Source: Bacteroidaceae bacterium | GTDB lineage: Bacteria; Bacteroidota; Bacteroidia; Bacteroidales; Bacteroidaceae | NCBI GenBank assembly: GCA_017628845.1 | Contig: JAGBYI010000058.1 | Span: 769 to 64,768 of the forward strand | DNA: 64,000 nt | Reading direction: 5' to 3' | Shown: positions 52,973 through 62,741 of the stretch, in pieces | Position numbering within the stretch: position 1 is the first letter of the stretch | How the letters are laid out: each line of letters starts with the position of its first letter | Made by a program: the position numbers and the translations under genes | The notes under the pieces: generated by a model | What the model was told of the DNA's origin: nothing | Databases searched by the model: none | The model's input: the letters and a program-made list of their open reading frames with translations, nothing else

Positions 52973-53554
52973 TTAGTTCTTTAATTTGTTGATTATCGCT
53001 ATCAGGTATCCCAAGGCTATGAAGGCACCGGGAGCAAGAACAAAGACAAGGGCTCCGTAACTGTCGGGGAAGATGGTCATGGAGAAGATCTTGCCAGTCC
53101 CAAGGAACTCGCGAACGGCACCAAGCAGAGTAAGGCCAAGGGTGAAGCCAAGTCCCATGCCTATGCCGTCGAAGACAGAACTGACAGGGCCGTTCTTGGC
53201 GGCAAACGCCTCGGCACGTCCCAAGATGATGCAGTTTACCACAATGAGGGGTATGAACAAGCCAAGGGACTTGTCTATCTCGGGAGCAAAGGCCTTGATG
53301 AACATCTGCAGGATGGTTACCAAGGATGCTATCACCACTATGAACGAGGGAATGCGAACCATGTCGGGGACAAGATTCTTGATGAGGGAGATAATCAGGT
53401 TAGAGAAGATGAGCACTGCCATTGTGGCCAAGCCCATGGACATGCCGTTGAGGGCAGAACTGGTGGTACCCAGTGTGGGGCACATGCCCAAAAGGAGAAC
53501 AAAGGTTGGATTCTCCTTGATGATACCGTTCCAAAGTACTTTTAATTGGTTCAT
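52973..53554 (-). CDS. rnfE: Rnf complex subunit E
   Basis: 193 aa. NPTFVLLLGMCPTLG motif. Confidence 0.9.
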   Translation of the reverse strand: MNQLKVLWNGIIKENPTFVLLLGMCPTLGTTSSALNGMSMGLATMAVLIFSNLIISLIKNLVPDMVRIPSFIVVIASLVTILQMFIKAFAPEIDKSLGLFIPLIVVNCIILGRAEAFAAKNGPVSSVFDGIGMGLGFTLGLTLLGAVREFLGTGKIFSMTIFPDSYGALVFVLAPGAFIALGYLIAIINKLKN

Positions 53555-53574
53555 ATCTAATGTCCTCCTTTATT

Positions 53575-54174
53575 TTAGTTCATATCCTTTGCCGTAGCTG
53601 AAGTGTGCACATCTGCCTCGGCATGGGGGTTAACAACCTTGGCATACTCAGCATAGGCATTGTTGACGGCACGCAGGAAGGAGCGTGTAGTGATGGTGCT
53701 GGCGGTAATTGCGTCTATATCGCCATTGTCCTTGGTTGTGGCGAGCTGACCTGCCGTCCTGCCTACAATTTCGCCCTTGCCTCCCTTTTGGAACCACTCG
53801 TCGGCCTTAGCTCCAAGACCAGGTGTTTCGTTAGAGAGCAGTACGGTGTAACCCAAGACCTGAAAGTCCTTGTTGAGGCCAACCATGATGGTCAGTCCTC
53901 CACCGAAGCTGCCATTCAAAGGGTCGGTGGTCTTCACTGCAGCACCATTGTCAGTAAGATATAGGACTACATCACCATTGCTGACAGTATCCGTTATCAC
54001 CGCATTTTCGTCGCAAAGGACTGTCTTAATGGCCTGTGCTTCGTTGCGTTGCTGAATTTCAGCAATGGGGCCCTTGGTCAATTCATTGACATAAGCCAAG
54101 GCTGCACCTGCCACCACAGAGATGACGGTGAGCACTATGGCCATGTTGTACCATGTGGATTCAAGCTTCTTCAT
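53575..54174 (-). CDS. rnfG: Rnf complex subunit G (FMN-binding)
   Basis: 199 aa. N-terminal TM helix. IDAITASTITTRS flavinylation motif. Confidence 0.85.
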   Translation of the reverse strand: MKKLESTWYNMAIVLTVISVVAGAALAYVNELTKGPIAEIQQRNEAQAIKTVLCDENAVITDTVSNGDVVLYLTDNGAAVKTTDPLNGSFGGGLTIMVGLNKDFQVLGYTVLLSNETPGLGAKADEWFQKGGKGEIVGRTAGQLATTKDNGDIDAITASTITTRSFLRAVNNAYAEYAKVVNPHAEADVHTSATAKDMN

Positions 54175-55169
54175 TTCTTGGCCTCCTTTCTGACTACCTC
54201 ACCGAAACGACGAGGCTTGCAATATGTATTGATAAGAGGAGTGAACGCATTCATGATGAGGATGGCAAAGGACATGCCCTCGGGGTAAGAACCCCAGTTG
54301 CGTATAACCACGGTAAGTGCACCTATGGCAACACCATAGATAATCTGTCCCTTGGGCACCATAGGAGAAGTAACATAGTCGGTAGCCATGAAGCAGGCGC
54401 CAAGCATGAGACCACCGCTACAGAGCACGCTGATGGGGTCGGCATAGATTGGGTTAACGAGATGCAGGACACCACTGAGCAGCGCTACAGTACCAAGGAT
54501 GCTGACTGGGATGTGCCATGTAATGATCTTGCGGACTATCATGAACAGGCAACCAATGAACAGGAGAATGGCAGAAACCTCGCCAAGCGAACCACCGTGC
54601 GCACCGATGAGCATATCCACAGAGGAAGGAATATCCTGGAGCACGCTGGCATCGCCCGACTGGATGGCCCACTTCATCAGCGCCAGAGGTGTGGCTCCAG
54701 TCTGCGCATCAAGATACTCCACGCTGCCACTAACGGGCCATGTGGTCATCTGTGCAGGAAAGGAGATAAGCAGGAACACACGTCCTACCAGTGCGGGGTT
54801 GAAGGGATTCTGGCCAAGGCCTCCGAAAGTCATCTTGCCCACACCTATTGCCACCAGGGCTCCAATGATGATTATCCAGATAGGCAGATTGGAGGGCATG
54901 TTGAAACCAAGCAGGATACCGGTCAGGATGGCAGAACCATCCATGATGCTTGTCCTCTCGCGACGGAGAATGAACTTGGCGATGGCCCATTCAAAAAACA
55001 CGCAGGAAACGATGCTGGTGAGCAATACCACAGCAGCACCAAGGCCAAAGAAGTATAAACTGGCCACTAAAGCCGGCACCAGGGCCAGGCATACTCCATA
55101 CATGTTCTTCTGGATGCTGTCGCCAGAGTGGACATGCGGAGAAAGTGAAACTATTAATCTGTTTGACAT
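54171..55169 (-). CDS. rnfD: Rnf complex subunit D
   Basis: Start chosen at MSNRLIVSLSPHVH. Polytopic. The ORF-track 5' extension overlaps rnfC and was not used. Confidence 0.85.
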   Translation of the reverse strand: MSNRLIVSLSPHVHSGDSIQKNMYGVCLALVPALVASLYFFGLGAAVVLLTSIVSCVFFEWAIAKFILRRERTSIMDGSAILTGILLGFNMPSNLPIWIIIIGALVAIGVGKMTFGGLGQNPFNPALVGRVFLLISFPAQMTTWPVSGSVEYLDAQTGATPLALMKWAIQSGDASVLQDIPSSVDMLIGAHGGSLGEVSAILLFIGCLFMIVRKIITWHIPVSILGTVALLSGVLHLVNPIYADPISVLCSGGLMLGACFMATDYVTSPMVPKGQIIYGVAIGALTVVIRNWGSYPEGMSFAILIMNAFTPLINTYCKPRRFGEVVRKEAKK

Positions 55170-55192
55170 TGTATCTTTCTTTCTGTGTTCTA

Positions 55193-56539
55193 CTATTTCT
55201 TTGCCGCTCTTTCGCGAATAATGCCCATTACGGTGGACTTGCCAAGGCGGATGTTGTCCAATAGCGGACGATGGCTCGGACAGGTGAAGGCACACGAACC
55301 GCACTCTATGCAGGACACGATGTCTTCCTTCTCTGCCTCTTCCCACATGTACTGGGAACTGATCTTGGCAAGCAGGTAGGGTTCAAGTCCCATGGGGCAT
55401 GCGCTGACGCACTTGGCGCAACGGATACAGGGTTCGGGAGCAGCACGGCGTGCTTCCTTATCGTTCATGATCAGCAAGCCGCTGGAACCCTTTGTCATGG
55501 GAATATCAAGGGAGATGAGAGCCTTGCCCATCATTGGACCACCACCGATAATCTTGCCCGTGTCGGCAGGCAGGCCTCCACACTCGTCAATGAGTTGGGA
55601 GAACGGTGTTCCCAAACGTGCCAGAAGATTGGAAGGGGTCTTCACACTTTTGCCCGTGACGGTGATGATGCGGGAAATGAGGGGCTTGTTCTTCATCACT
55701 GCCTCGTAGATGGCAAAGGCAGTACCAACATTCTGCACCACCGCACCTACGCTGATGGGGATGGCAGGAGGTGCCGGAACCTGACGGCCTATAACGGCAT
55801 CTATCAGCTGCTTTTCACCGCCCTGAGGATATTGTACCTTCAAGGGGACAATCTCTATCTGGGGATATGCCTTGGCCTTCTCCTGCATCAAACGGATAGC
55901 GTCGGGCTTATTGTTCTCTATACCGATGTAGGCCCGGTTAACGTTTACCGCCTTCATTATCAGACTTACACCGACCAGTATCTCGTCAGTTTTTTCAAGC
56001 ATCAGGCTATGGTCGGAGGTCAGATAAGGTTCGCACTCCACGGCATTGATAATGACGCACTCAGCCTTCTGACCTGGAGGTGGACACAACTTGACATGGC
56101 AGGGGAAGGTAGCACCACCCATGCCCACAATGCCGGCTTGCTTTATCTTCTCTATGATAGCCTGTGCGTCCAGGTCGGGGCGGTCCTCCATGCGAACAAG
56201 GTCGGGAGTACGATCTATAGACTCCTCCCACTCGTCGCCTTCAACATCCACATACACTGCCATTCGACGTGTATCACTGGCATCCAGAGCAACGTCCACC
56301 TTGCTGACCTTACCGCTCACGCTGGAGTAGATAGGTGCGCTGACAAAACCTACAGCCTCGCCAAGCAGAGTACCCACCTTCACCACATCGCCTTTCTTCA
56401 CGACTGGTTTGGCAGGAGCGCCTATGTGCTGGAACATGCTGAAAATGGCCTGCTTGGGCAGAGCAGCCTCGCGGATAGGACTGCCAGCACTGAGTTTGTT
56501 CTCGGCGGGATGTACACCGCCTATTCTAAATGTCTTCAT
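55193..56539 (-). CDS. rnfC: Rnf complex subunit C
   Basis: 448 aa. GMGGATFP NADH-binding region. CIRCAKCVSACP and CIECGSCAFTCP clusters. Confidence 0.9.
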   Translation of the reverse strand: MKTFRIGGVHPAENKLSAGSPIREAALPKQAIFSMFQHIGAPAKPVVKKGDVVKVGTLLGEAVGFVSAPIYSSVSGKVSKVDVALDASDTRRMAVYVDVEGDEWEESIDRTPDLVRMEDRPDLDAQAIIEKIKQAGIVGMGGATFPCHVKLCPPPGQKAECVIINAVECEPYLTSDHSLMLEKTDEILVGVSLIMKAVNVNRAYIGIENNKPDAIRLMQEKAKAYPQIEIVPLKVQYPQGGEKQLIDAVIGRQVPAPPAIPISVGAVVQNVGTAFAIYEAVMKNKPLISRIITVTGKSVKTPSNLLARLGTPFSQLIDECGGLPADTGKIIGGGPMMGKALISLDIPMTKGSSGLLIMNDKEARRAAPEPCIRCAKCVSACPMGLEPYLLAKISSQYMWEEAEKEDIVSCIECGSCAFTCPSHRPLLDNIRLGKSTVMGIIRERAAKK

Positions 56540-57501
56540 ACTGCAGTCTCGCTTTCTTTTTGGGTTTCCACTTTCTTTTCAACAATCGGTGATGCCGATG
56601 CCTTTGCTACGGTTTCCTCTACCTTGGGGGAGGCTGGCGACACAACAGGAGCGGCCTCTGCCTTGGGCTTACGTGGAGGGAAGTTGAACGCCTTGATGGC
56701 ACCACGTGGACATGCCTCCTCGCACTTGCGGCACATCTTGCACTTGTCGGGATCGATGTGGGCAAGGTTGGTGCCCAAAGTAATGGCCTCGAACTTGTCG
56801 CATACCTTCACACACTTGCCGCAACCTATGCAGCTGACCTTACATTCCTTGGTGGCAAGGGCCCCCTTGTCCTTGTTGTTGCAAAGCACCACTACCTTGC
56901 GGTTCTTGGGACCTTGCGGAACCAGTTCAATAATACCACGGGGACAACTCTTGGCACAAGCGCCACAACCGGTACACTTGCTCTCGTCCACCTCGGCAAT
57001 GCGGGTGGCAGGATTCACGGTAATGGCCCCGAAGAGACATGCCGCAGCACAATCGCCCTCGCCCAGACATCCATACAGGCACTGAGTTTCGCCCATACCC
57101 GTCATATTCTGGATTTTGCACGAATGCACACCATCAAACTCAACTCCGTGAGGACGGACATCACATGTGCCCTGACAACGAACCACCGCAACCTTGGGAG
57201 CTGCTGCAGAAGCCTTCAGACCCAGGATACCAGCCACCTGCTCCATAACGGCCTGACCACCTGGAGCGCAGTTCAAATCACTAAGACTTCCGCCCTCAGC
57301 AGCCTTGACACATGCCGAGGCAAATCCCGAACAGCCTGGATAGCCACAACCGCCACAATTGGCTTGAGGGAGAACATCAGACACCTGCTTGATGCGAGGG
57401 TCTTCCCATACGGCAAACTTCTTGGAGGCAAGAAACAGTACCAAGGCTGATACGAGTCCCACCACACCAAGCACGATTACCGCAACAAGAATTAGGTTCA
57501 T
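56536..57501 (-). CDS. rnfB: Rnf complex subunit B (Fe-S)
   Basis: 321 aa. N-terminal TM helix, CGGCGYPGC, several 4Fe-4S motifs, Pro/Ala/Lys-rich C-terminal tail. Confidence 0.85.
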   Translation of the reverse strand: MNLILVAVIVLGVVGLVSALVLFLASKKFAVWEDPRIKQVSDVLPQANCGGCGYPGCSGFASACVKAAEGGSLSDLNCAPGGQAVMEQVAGILGLKASAAAPKVAVVRCQGTCDVRPHGVEFDGVHSCKIQNMTGMGETQCLYGCLGEGDCAAACLFGAITVNPATRIAEVDESKCTGCGACAKSCPRGIIELVPQGPKNRKVVVLCNNKDKGALATKECKVSCIGCGKCVKVCDKFEAITLGTNLAHIDPDKCKMCRKCEEACPRGAIKAFNFPPRKPKAEAAPVVSPASPKVEETVAKASASPIVEKKVETQKESETAV

Positions 57502-57525
57502 AACTTACTTGTATTTTTAATTATT

Positions 57526-57798
57526 CTATTTCTTATTTCTACTGAAATCCGGTTTCATCCACCTGATAACAAGAAAATACAAAGCCAAGAACATCAATAT
57601 GCCCAAGGATGCCCATCCATCCCCTACCCGGCCATGCGCAACAGCCAACAAGAGCACAATACCCAACAATGGTATGACAAATGCCACCACTACGGCACGA
57701 AGGTCAGTCTCGCAAGCCTGACCATCCTGCTTGTCCTTACGGCTGCAAAACATAGAAATCTTGCATCCGCTACAATCCAAATCCGTCTGTTTTGCCAT
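57526..57798 (-). CDS. RseC/MucC-like small membrane protein preceding rnf
   Basis: 90 aa from MAKQTDLDCSGCK. Cys-rich N-terminus and two TM helices. The start lies downstream of the -7 box at 57820-57827, which argues against the longer ORF. Confidence 0.55.
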   Translation of the reverse strand: MAKQTDLDCSGCKISMFCSRKDKQDGQACETDLRAVVVAFVIPLLGIVLLLAVAHGRVGDGWASLGILMFLALYFLVIRWMKPDFSRNKK

Positions 57799-57819
57799 GT
57801 AGACTTTACATTTACCACA

Positions 57820-57827
57820 CAAAGATA
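57820..57827 (-). promoter_or_regulatory. -7 box TATCTTTG for the rnf operon
   Basis: Exact TAnnTTTG on the minus strand, 22 nt upstream of the ATG at 57798. Confidence 0.45.
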
Positions 57828-58019
57828 CTCTTTTTTAGGTATAAACCGCACTTTTATCTCACCCTTTTTGTTAAAAAAGACCTTTTACTGCCAAAGTTAT
57901 GTTCTAATGCCTACCTTGCCGACATACACACAACACCCCTTCCCTGCCAATAAGCAGAAAAGGGGATTATGTAGGGAGTCCCTGACGGGCACTTTTTATA
58001 AAAAGGTACGGTAACCTTA

Positions 58020-59681
58020 CTACTTGACCAAGTACTTGTCGCCACTCTCCTCCACCATCTTACGGAGATAGTGCTCGGGATAACCAGGACGCAGAGGGGC
58101 TACAGGTTCACCACCAGGAGTGAGGATGTAGTCGCCCTTTTCGTCAACCTTCTTCACGCACATGTCATTGTACTTGACAATAAGTTTCTGCGCCAACTGC
58201 ATCCATTCATCCAGCATCATAGAGGACATACGGAGACTATAGTCGCTGAGGAACTTCTTGCCCTCAACTTCACCCATCTCCTTTGCCTTTGCCTCCATGT
58301 AGTCCTGAACGCTATTGAAGTCCTTCTCCAGGCGGTCGCGCACTGCCTGAAGTTCAGGGAAGAGGAGGTTGTAGCGATAATAAACCATGTTACTAACCCA
58401 GTTGCACACCCAGTATGCATTGCGGAAAGAGAATGTTGTGGCATTTGCATGCTTGGCGCTATAGCAATCGGGCACGCTCTCCAGACATGAGTAGATGGGA
58501 GTCAGAGCCACCATGTTGGCATCGTCATTGCCGAACCAGAGGACACCACCAATATAGTCGGGCAACCAGTCGCGCATCTGAGCCACGTAGATAGCACTGG
58601 ATTGCACGGTGCTGATGGGGCGCTCGTTGAAATATTCCTTGCCATCTACCTTATAGGACAGAGGGGTAACGCGATAAGGCATCTGCCAAGGCAAACCTCC
58701 CAGTCCTTCTGTTATATCCATAGGAGTTCCCTCGTAGTGATCACGCATCATACTCTTAACATCTTGAGTGCTAAGGAACTGCTTGGGCTTAACCCAAAGG
58801 GGCATTTCGTGAGGTATGCCGTCAATAGGTTGTTTCGTTTCGGGATTTACGTCCTCGCCCATTGCGTATGGCAAATATGGTTTCATATCCTCGGCTGCCC
58901 ATTTGTTGAAGAAACTCCAAACACGTGCCTCGCAATAGCGCTTAGCACCGAAATCAATGGGAGCATATGCCTCGGAGAAGGAAAAGTCCTTGTCCTTGCC
59001 GTTGAAGTAGCCCTTCTTGCGTGCAAAGGAGATCACATCCTTTGAGTAGAGGCAGTTCTCCTTGTCCTTGAGAGGGAACTGACGGATACGACTATGGTTG
59101 GCATGTGCACTGATCATATCGTCGGGCATGCGGCGTGCCACCCATACGGCACCCATTTCTTCCTTGCCCTTACCGATGAGTTCCATAATCCACACCTCGT
59201 TCTTGTCGGCAATGGTGAAACTCTCGCCACTACACTGATAACCATACTTCTGACACAACTCGTCAATGAGCTTTATGGCCTCGCGTACGGTTTTGCAACG
59301 TTCCAGGGCTATCCACATCAATGAACCGTAATCCATGATGCCGGGACCTCCGTCCAGTTCGGGGCGACCACCAAAAGTGGTTTCCATTATGCTCAACTGG
59401 TATTCATTTAGAAAACCTGTTACCTGATACGTTTCCTCTGCTTCGGGTATCTCGCCCAGATAGTTGCTTGTCTCGTAGTGATATATGGGGCGCATGGTTC
59501 CCTTGGCATGCTTCATGCGAGGTTTGTAGTAAAGAGATGAAAACATGCCATAACTATCGCTACTATAACTGATTATCACACTGCCGTCGGCAGATGCCTT
59601 CTTGCCCACGATGAGGTTGGTGCAAGGCATGGCCATCACAGAAACAAGCAGAAGGCAAATGAAAGAAAATATCTTGCGCAT
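58020..59681 (-). CDS. C69-family dipeptidase, secreted
   Basis: 553 aa. Signal peptide ending at the nucleophile Cys (AMPCTNLIVGKKAS). Confidence 0.85.
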   Translation of the reverse strand: MRKIFSFICLLLVSVMAMPCTNLIVGKKASADGSVIISYSSDSYGMFSSLYYKPRMKHAKGTMRPIYHYETSNYLGEIPEAEETYQVTGFLNEYQLSIMETTFGGRPELDGGPGIMDYGSLMWIALERCKTVREAIKLIDELCQKYGYQCSGESFTIADKNEVWIMELIGKGKEEMGAVWVARRMPDDMISAHANHSRIRQFPLKDKENCLYSKDVISFARKKGYFNGKDKDFSFSEAYAPIDFGAKRYCEARVWSFFNKWAAEDMKPYLPYAMGEDVNPETKQPIDGIPHEMPLWVKPKQFLSTQDVKSMMRDHYEGTPMDITEGLGGLPWQMPYRVTPLSYKVDGKEYFNERPISTVQSSAIYVAQMRDWLPDYIGGVLWFGNDDANMVALTPIYSCLESVPDCYSAKHANATTFSFRNAYWVCNWVSNMVYYRYNLLFPELQAVRDRLEKDFNSVQDYMEAKAKEMGEVEGKKFLSDYSLRMSSMMLDEWMQLAQKLIVKYNDMCVKKVDEKGDYILTPGGEPVAPLRPGYPEHYLRKMVEESGDKYLVK

Positions 59682-59767
59682 ATTTTATTTTTAGTTTATT
59701 CGGAGTTTTCTGAGTAATCAGATTATTCAGATTACTCGGACAACTCAGATTATTCCGAGCTTTCAGA

Positions 59768-60643
59768 CTACTTTATCACCAACTTATCAGAACCTGCTGC
59801 CTTGAAACTCATATCCAGTCCTTTTACGCTATGTGTCAAGGCACCAAAACTGATAAAGTCTACACCTGCCTGAGCGTATGGTATCATTGTCTCGAAGGTG
59901 ATGCCACCGCTTGACTCTGTTTCGGCACGACCTGCCACGAGTTCTACCGCCTTCTTGGTGTCCTCGGGAGAGAAGTTGTCGAACATGATACGGTCGCAGC
60001 CCTCGGCCAAAGCCTCCTCCAGTTCCTTCCAGTTGCGAACCTCACACTCAATCTTCAAATCCTTGCCATGGTCCTTGCAATACTGCTTGGCACGAGAGAT
60101 GGCATTGTGCACACCACCACAGAAGTCAATATGATTGTCCTTCAACAGAATCATGTCGAACAAACCGATACGATGGTTCATACCGCCACCTATCTTCACG
60201 GCCTCTTTCTCCAGCATGCGCATGCCGGGAGTGGTCTTGCGGGTATCGAGCACACGGGTCTTGGTACCGGCATCAATGAGAGCCTGCTGGTACTTGTTGG
60301 TCATGGTGGCAATGCCCGACATGCGCTGAAGGATGTTCAGCATCAGGCGCTCTGTCTGCAACAGGCTCTGTTCCTTGCCCTTAACGCTCATAACAATATC
60401 GCCTGGCTTCACATGTGCGCCATCCTCGATGTACACTTCCACCTCCATGGTGGGATCGAAACGGTGGAACACCTGCTTGGCGATTTCCACACCGGCAAAG
60501 ATACCCTCTTCCTTTATCAGCAACTTGCTCTCGCCCATGCTGTCCGCCGGGATGCAGCACAATGTGGTGTGGTCACCATCACCAATATCCTCGCTGAAAG
60601 CCAGGTCGATAAGTCTCTCGTTCAATTCTTCTACGCTAAGCAT
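59768..60643 (-). CDS. nadC: nicotinate-nucleotide pyrophosphorylase (carboxylating)
   Basis: 291 aa. QAPRTase pattern (DTRKTTPGMR, LKDNHI, SGGI). Confidence 0.9.
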   Translation of the reverse strand: MLSVEELNERLIDLAFSEDIGDGDHTTLCCIPADSMGESKLLIKEEGIFAGVEIAKQVFHRFDPTMEVEVYIEDGAHVKPGDIVMSVKGKEQSLLQTERLMLNILQRMSGIATMTNKYQQALIDAGTKTRVLDTRKTTPGMRMLEKEAVKIGGGMNHRIGLFDMILLKDNHIDFCGGVHNAISRAKQYCKDHGKDLKIECEVRNWKELEEALAEGCDRIMFDNFSPEDTKKAVELVAGRAETESSGGITFETMIPYAQAGVDFISFGALTHSVKGLDMSFKAAGSDKLVIK

Positions 60644-60685
60644 AATTGTATGTTTTTATTGTTTGTATTTCGTTTTATAATATTT

Positions 60686-60765
60686 CCGCTCACCCGCTAA
60701 TCGTTAAACGTTCAACGTTCACCCTATCCTCCCTCTCACAGGGGGACTGAGGGGGGGATTACCTC
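60686..60765. repeat. short intergenic repeat sharing modules with the mfd/vsr element
   Basis: GCTCACCCGCT, AAACGTTCAACGTTCA and CTATCC..CCCTCTCACAGGGGGAC modules resemble those at 12764-12895 but in a different order. Contains a G7 run. Confidence 0.55.
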
Positions 60766-61239
60766 TCACTCATGATGATATGGTTCTCCATTCAGTATGG
60801 TCATGGCACGGTATACCTGCTCCACGAATAGCAGACGTATCATCTGGTGGGACAGGGTCATCTGCGAGAGGGATATCTTCTCGTCGGCCCTGTCATAGAC
60901 GGCAGGGGCAAAGCCGTAAGGGCCGCCCACTATGCAAAGCAGACGCTTGGTGCCCGAAACCATCTTCTTCTGCATCCACGAAGCAAACTCTATGCTTCGC
61001 CTCTCCACGCCATGCTCGTCCAGAAGCACCACCCTGTCGCCGGGCTGTATGCGCGATAGTATCAGCGATGCCTCTGCTTCCTTCTGCTGCGACTCAGACA
61101 AGGCCTTTGTCTGGCGGAGTTCGGGGATTACCTCAATGTCCGTTGGCAGATAATGCCTCAGGCGTGAAAGGTACTCATCTACTAAGGCAATGATATGCTT
61201 GTCAGTGGTCTTGCCAACAACCAATAGGGTTACCTTCAT
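60766..61239 (-). CDS. rlmH: 23S rRNA (pseudouridine1915-N3)-methyltransferase
   Basis: 157 aa. SPOUT fold pattern (LIVGGPYGF, LSLSQMTLSHQM). Confidence 0.9.
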   Translation of the reverse strand: MKVTLLVVGKTTDKHIIALVDEYLSRLRHYLPTDIEVIPELRQTKALSESQQKEAEASLILSRIQPGDRVVLLDEHGVERRSIEFASWMQKKMVSGTKRLLCIVGGPYGFAPAVYDRADEKISLSQMTLSHQMIRLLFVEQVYRAMTILNGEPYHHE

Positions 61240-62726
61240 TCCTTCTTCTCCTCCTTTTCTGCCTCGCCAATAGTCTGACGCTGTACATTCTCATATGCTC
61301 CGATGTCTGCTCGTCCGTCTGCTTGGCGACTTCTGCCAAGGCGGTCCAATGGGAACTCCTCTACACAATAGACATCGGCACTATCACAGAAGTGCGCCAA
61401 GGTGTCGGGGGTAAAGTCATATATTCGTGCATATGTATCGAAGAGTAAGAACTGGCGTCCGTAAGACATTGTATCCTCAGGATTCTCATAGATATTCTTC
61501 ACGAAACGAACTGAATCGCCATCGCTATACACTGTATTGAGAAAACAACGTTTGAAATGATATTGCACAGAGTCCTGAAACTTGCTTTCCTTCAAGAAAC
61601 TGCCCAAAATGACATCCTCACCATAACCAGTAATGATGCAGTTGGTAAAGTTCGCTCGCGACACATCGTAAAACATAGTATCGCCATACTCTACCTCATA
61701 ATCACTCAGAGCCAATGCCCAACCTCTATTGGCATCAAAATTATAGAACTGAGCCAAGGTACAGAAGGTCATATCCGTCTCTCCACCAATCATCTGATAG
61801 AGATTGCCAAAAGCATTGCTTATCTGCGTATTATATGCCTTGACTCTACAATTCTTTGTCCACAGGGCATTGCCTCCTGTATTGTGTATCACACAATTGG
61901 CAAGTTCAATATCCGTATCTTCTGCCTTAATGCCAAAGGTACTGCTATGGAGATCCAAATACGTGAGTTTATGCCCCGAACCATTTAAGTACACACCTCC
62001 CCATTGTTGGGGAGTATTGTCGTAGGGCAGATAATCAAAGAGATTTCCTGTCCTGTCGCCACGAAAGACAACAGGATTCTCCAGCGTACCATTTACCACC
62101 AGCGTACCATCCACACACATAGAGGCTTGCTGATGGAAGTACAACTGTGTACCAGCCTCTATGGTCAGTGTGGTTCCTGAAGAGACATAAATGCTGTCGT
62201 ATATCACCACAGGCCTGCGGCTATGCAGGACAGAGTCCTTGTCTATAACCCTAACCCCTCGCCAGTGCAATGCATTCTGTCCACCGGCGATAAGGGTGAC
62301 ATACTGCTGCACACCGCTTTCCAACAGGAAGCAAAGGCTGTCGGTATGCATGGCTACAGAGTCCGTATCAGTATCTGGCAGAGTAACCTCAACGAGGACA
62401 AAGATACTGTCGTTTCGCCTTACCTCGAAGTCGGATCCATGGCCACCATGCAGAAACTGGCCGTCCACATTCACACGGAAATGGCTCTTGCCGGCATGCT
62501 TGAGTCGCACATCGCTGATACGCACTCCGCTCTCGTTGTTGTTGTACACCAACAGGCGCTGGGTGCTGCTGCTAACCGTGCTTATGAGGGTGTCAAAACT
62601 AACAGTATCGCGCGCGAAGGTAAGCTGAGCCTGAGGGTCAGCAGTCCACGAGTCATAGTCGTCGCAACTGCTGACCATCGCCAGTAGTACACCTATTATA
62701 TATATATATAATGGAAATCGTTTCAA
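61236..62726 (-). CDS. hypothetical lipoprotein, possibly parallel beta-helix
   Basis: 496 aa. Lipobox MVSSC. Repetitive NxxG/beta-strand pattern. 4-bp overlap with rlmH. Confidence 0.45.
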   Translation of the reverse strand: MKRFPLYIYIIGVLLAMVSSCDDYDSWTADPQAQLTFARDTVSFDTLISTVSSSTQRLLVYNNNESGVRISDVRLKHAGKSHFRVNVDGQFLHGGHGSDFEVRRNDSIFVLVEVTLPDTDTDSVAMHTDSLCFLLESGVQQYVTLIAGGQNALHWRGVRVIDKDSVLHSRRPVVIYDSIYVSSGTTLTIEAGTQLYFHQQASMCVDGTLVVNGTLENPVVFRGDRTGNLFDYLPYDNTPQQWGGVYLNGSGHKLTYLDLHSSTFGIKAEDTDIELANCVIHNTGGNALWTKNCRVKAYNTQISNAFGNLYQMIGGETDMTFCTLAQFYNFDANRGWALALSDYEVEYGDTMFYDVSRANFTNCIITGYGEDVILGSFLKESKFQDSVQYHFKRCFLNTVYSDGDSVRFVKNIYENPEDTMSYGRQFLLFDTYARIYDFTPDTLAHFCDSADVYCVEEFPLDRLGRSRQADGRADIGAYENVQRQTIGEAEKEEKKE

Positions 62727-62741
62727 ATCCTTTTCCTTTGT

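Noticed and set aside
55271-57085. 604-aa plus-strand ORF across rnfC/rnfB. Similar long antisense ORFs occur at 582-1574, 2238-3197, 25485-26219, 27555-28475, 30252-31517, 31705-32538, 32738-33679, 34216-35058, 41204-42040 and 54153-55058.
   Set aside because: Each lies opposite a gene with strong family motifs. Their translations are compositionally skewed and lack motifs. They are treated as antisense artefacts.
59699-59760. TCAGATTAT/TCAGATTAC repeats and partial inverted matches between the C69 dipeptidase and nadC genes
   Set aside because: Only 8-9-nt imperfect matches in a short AT-rich spacer. There is no consistent period or stem, so it is not distinguishable from chance.
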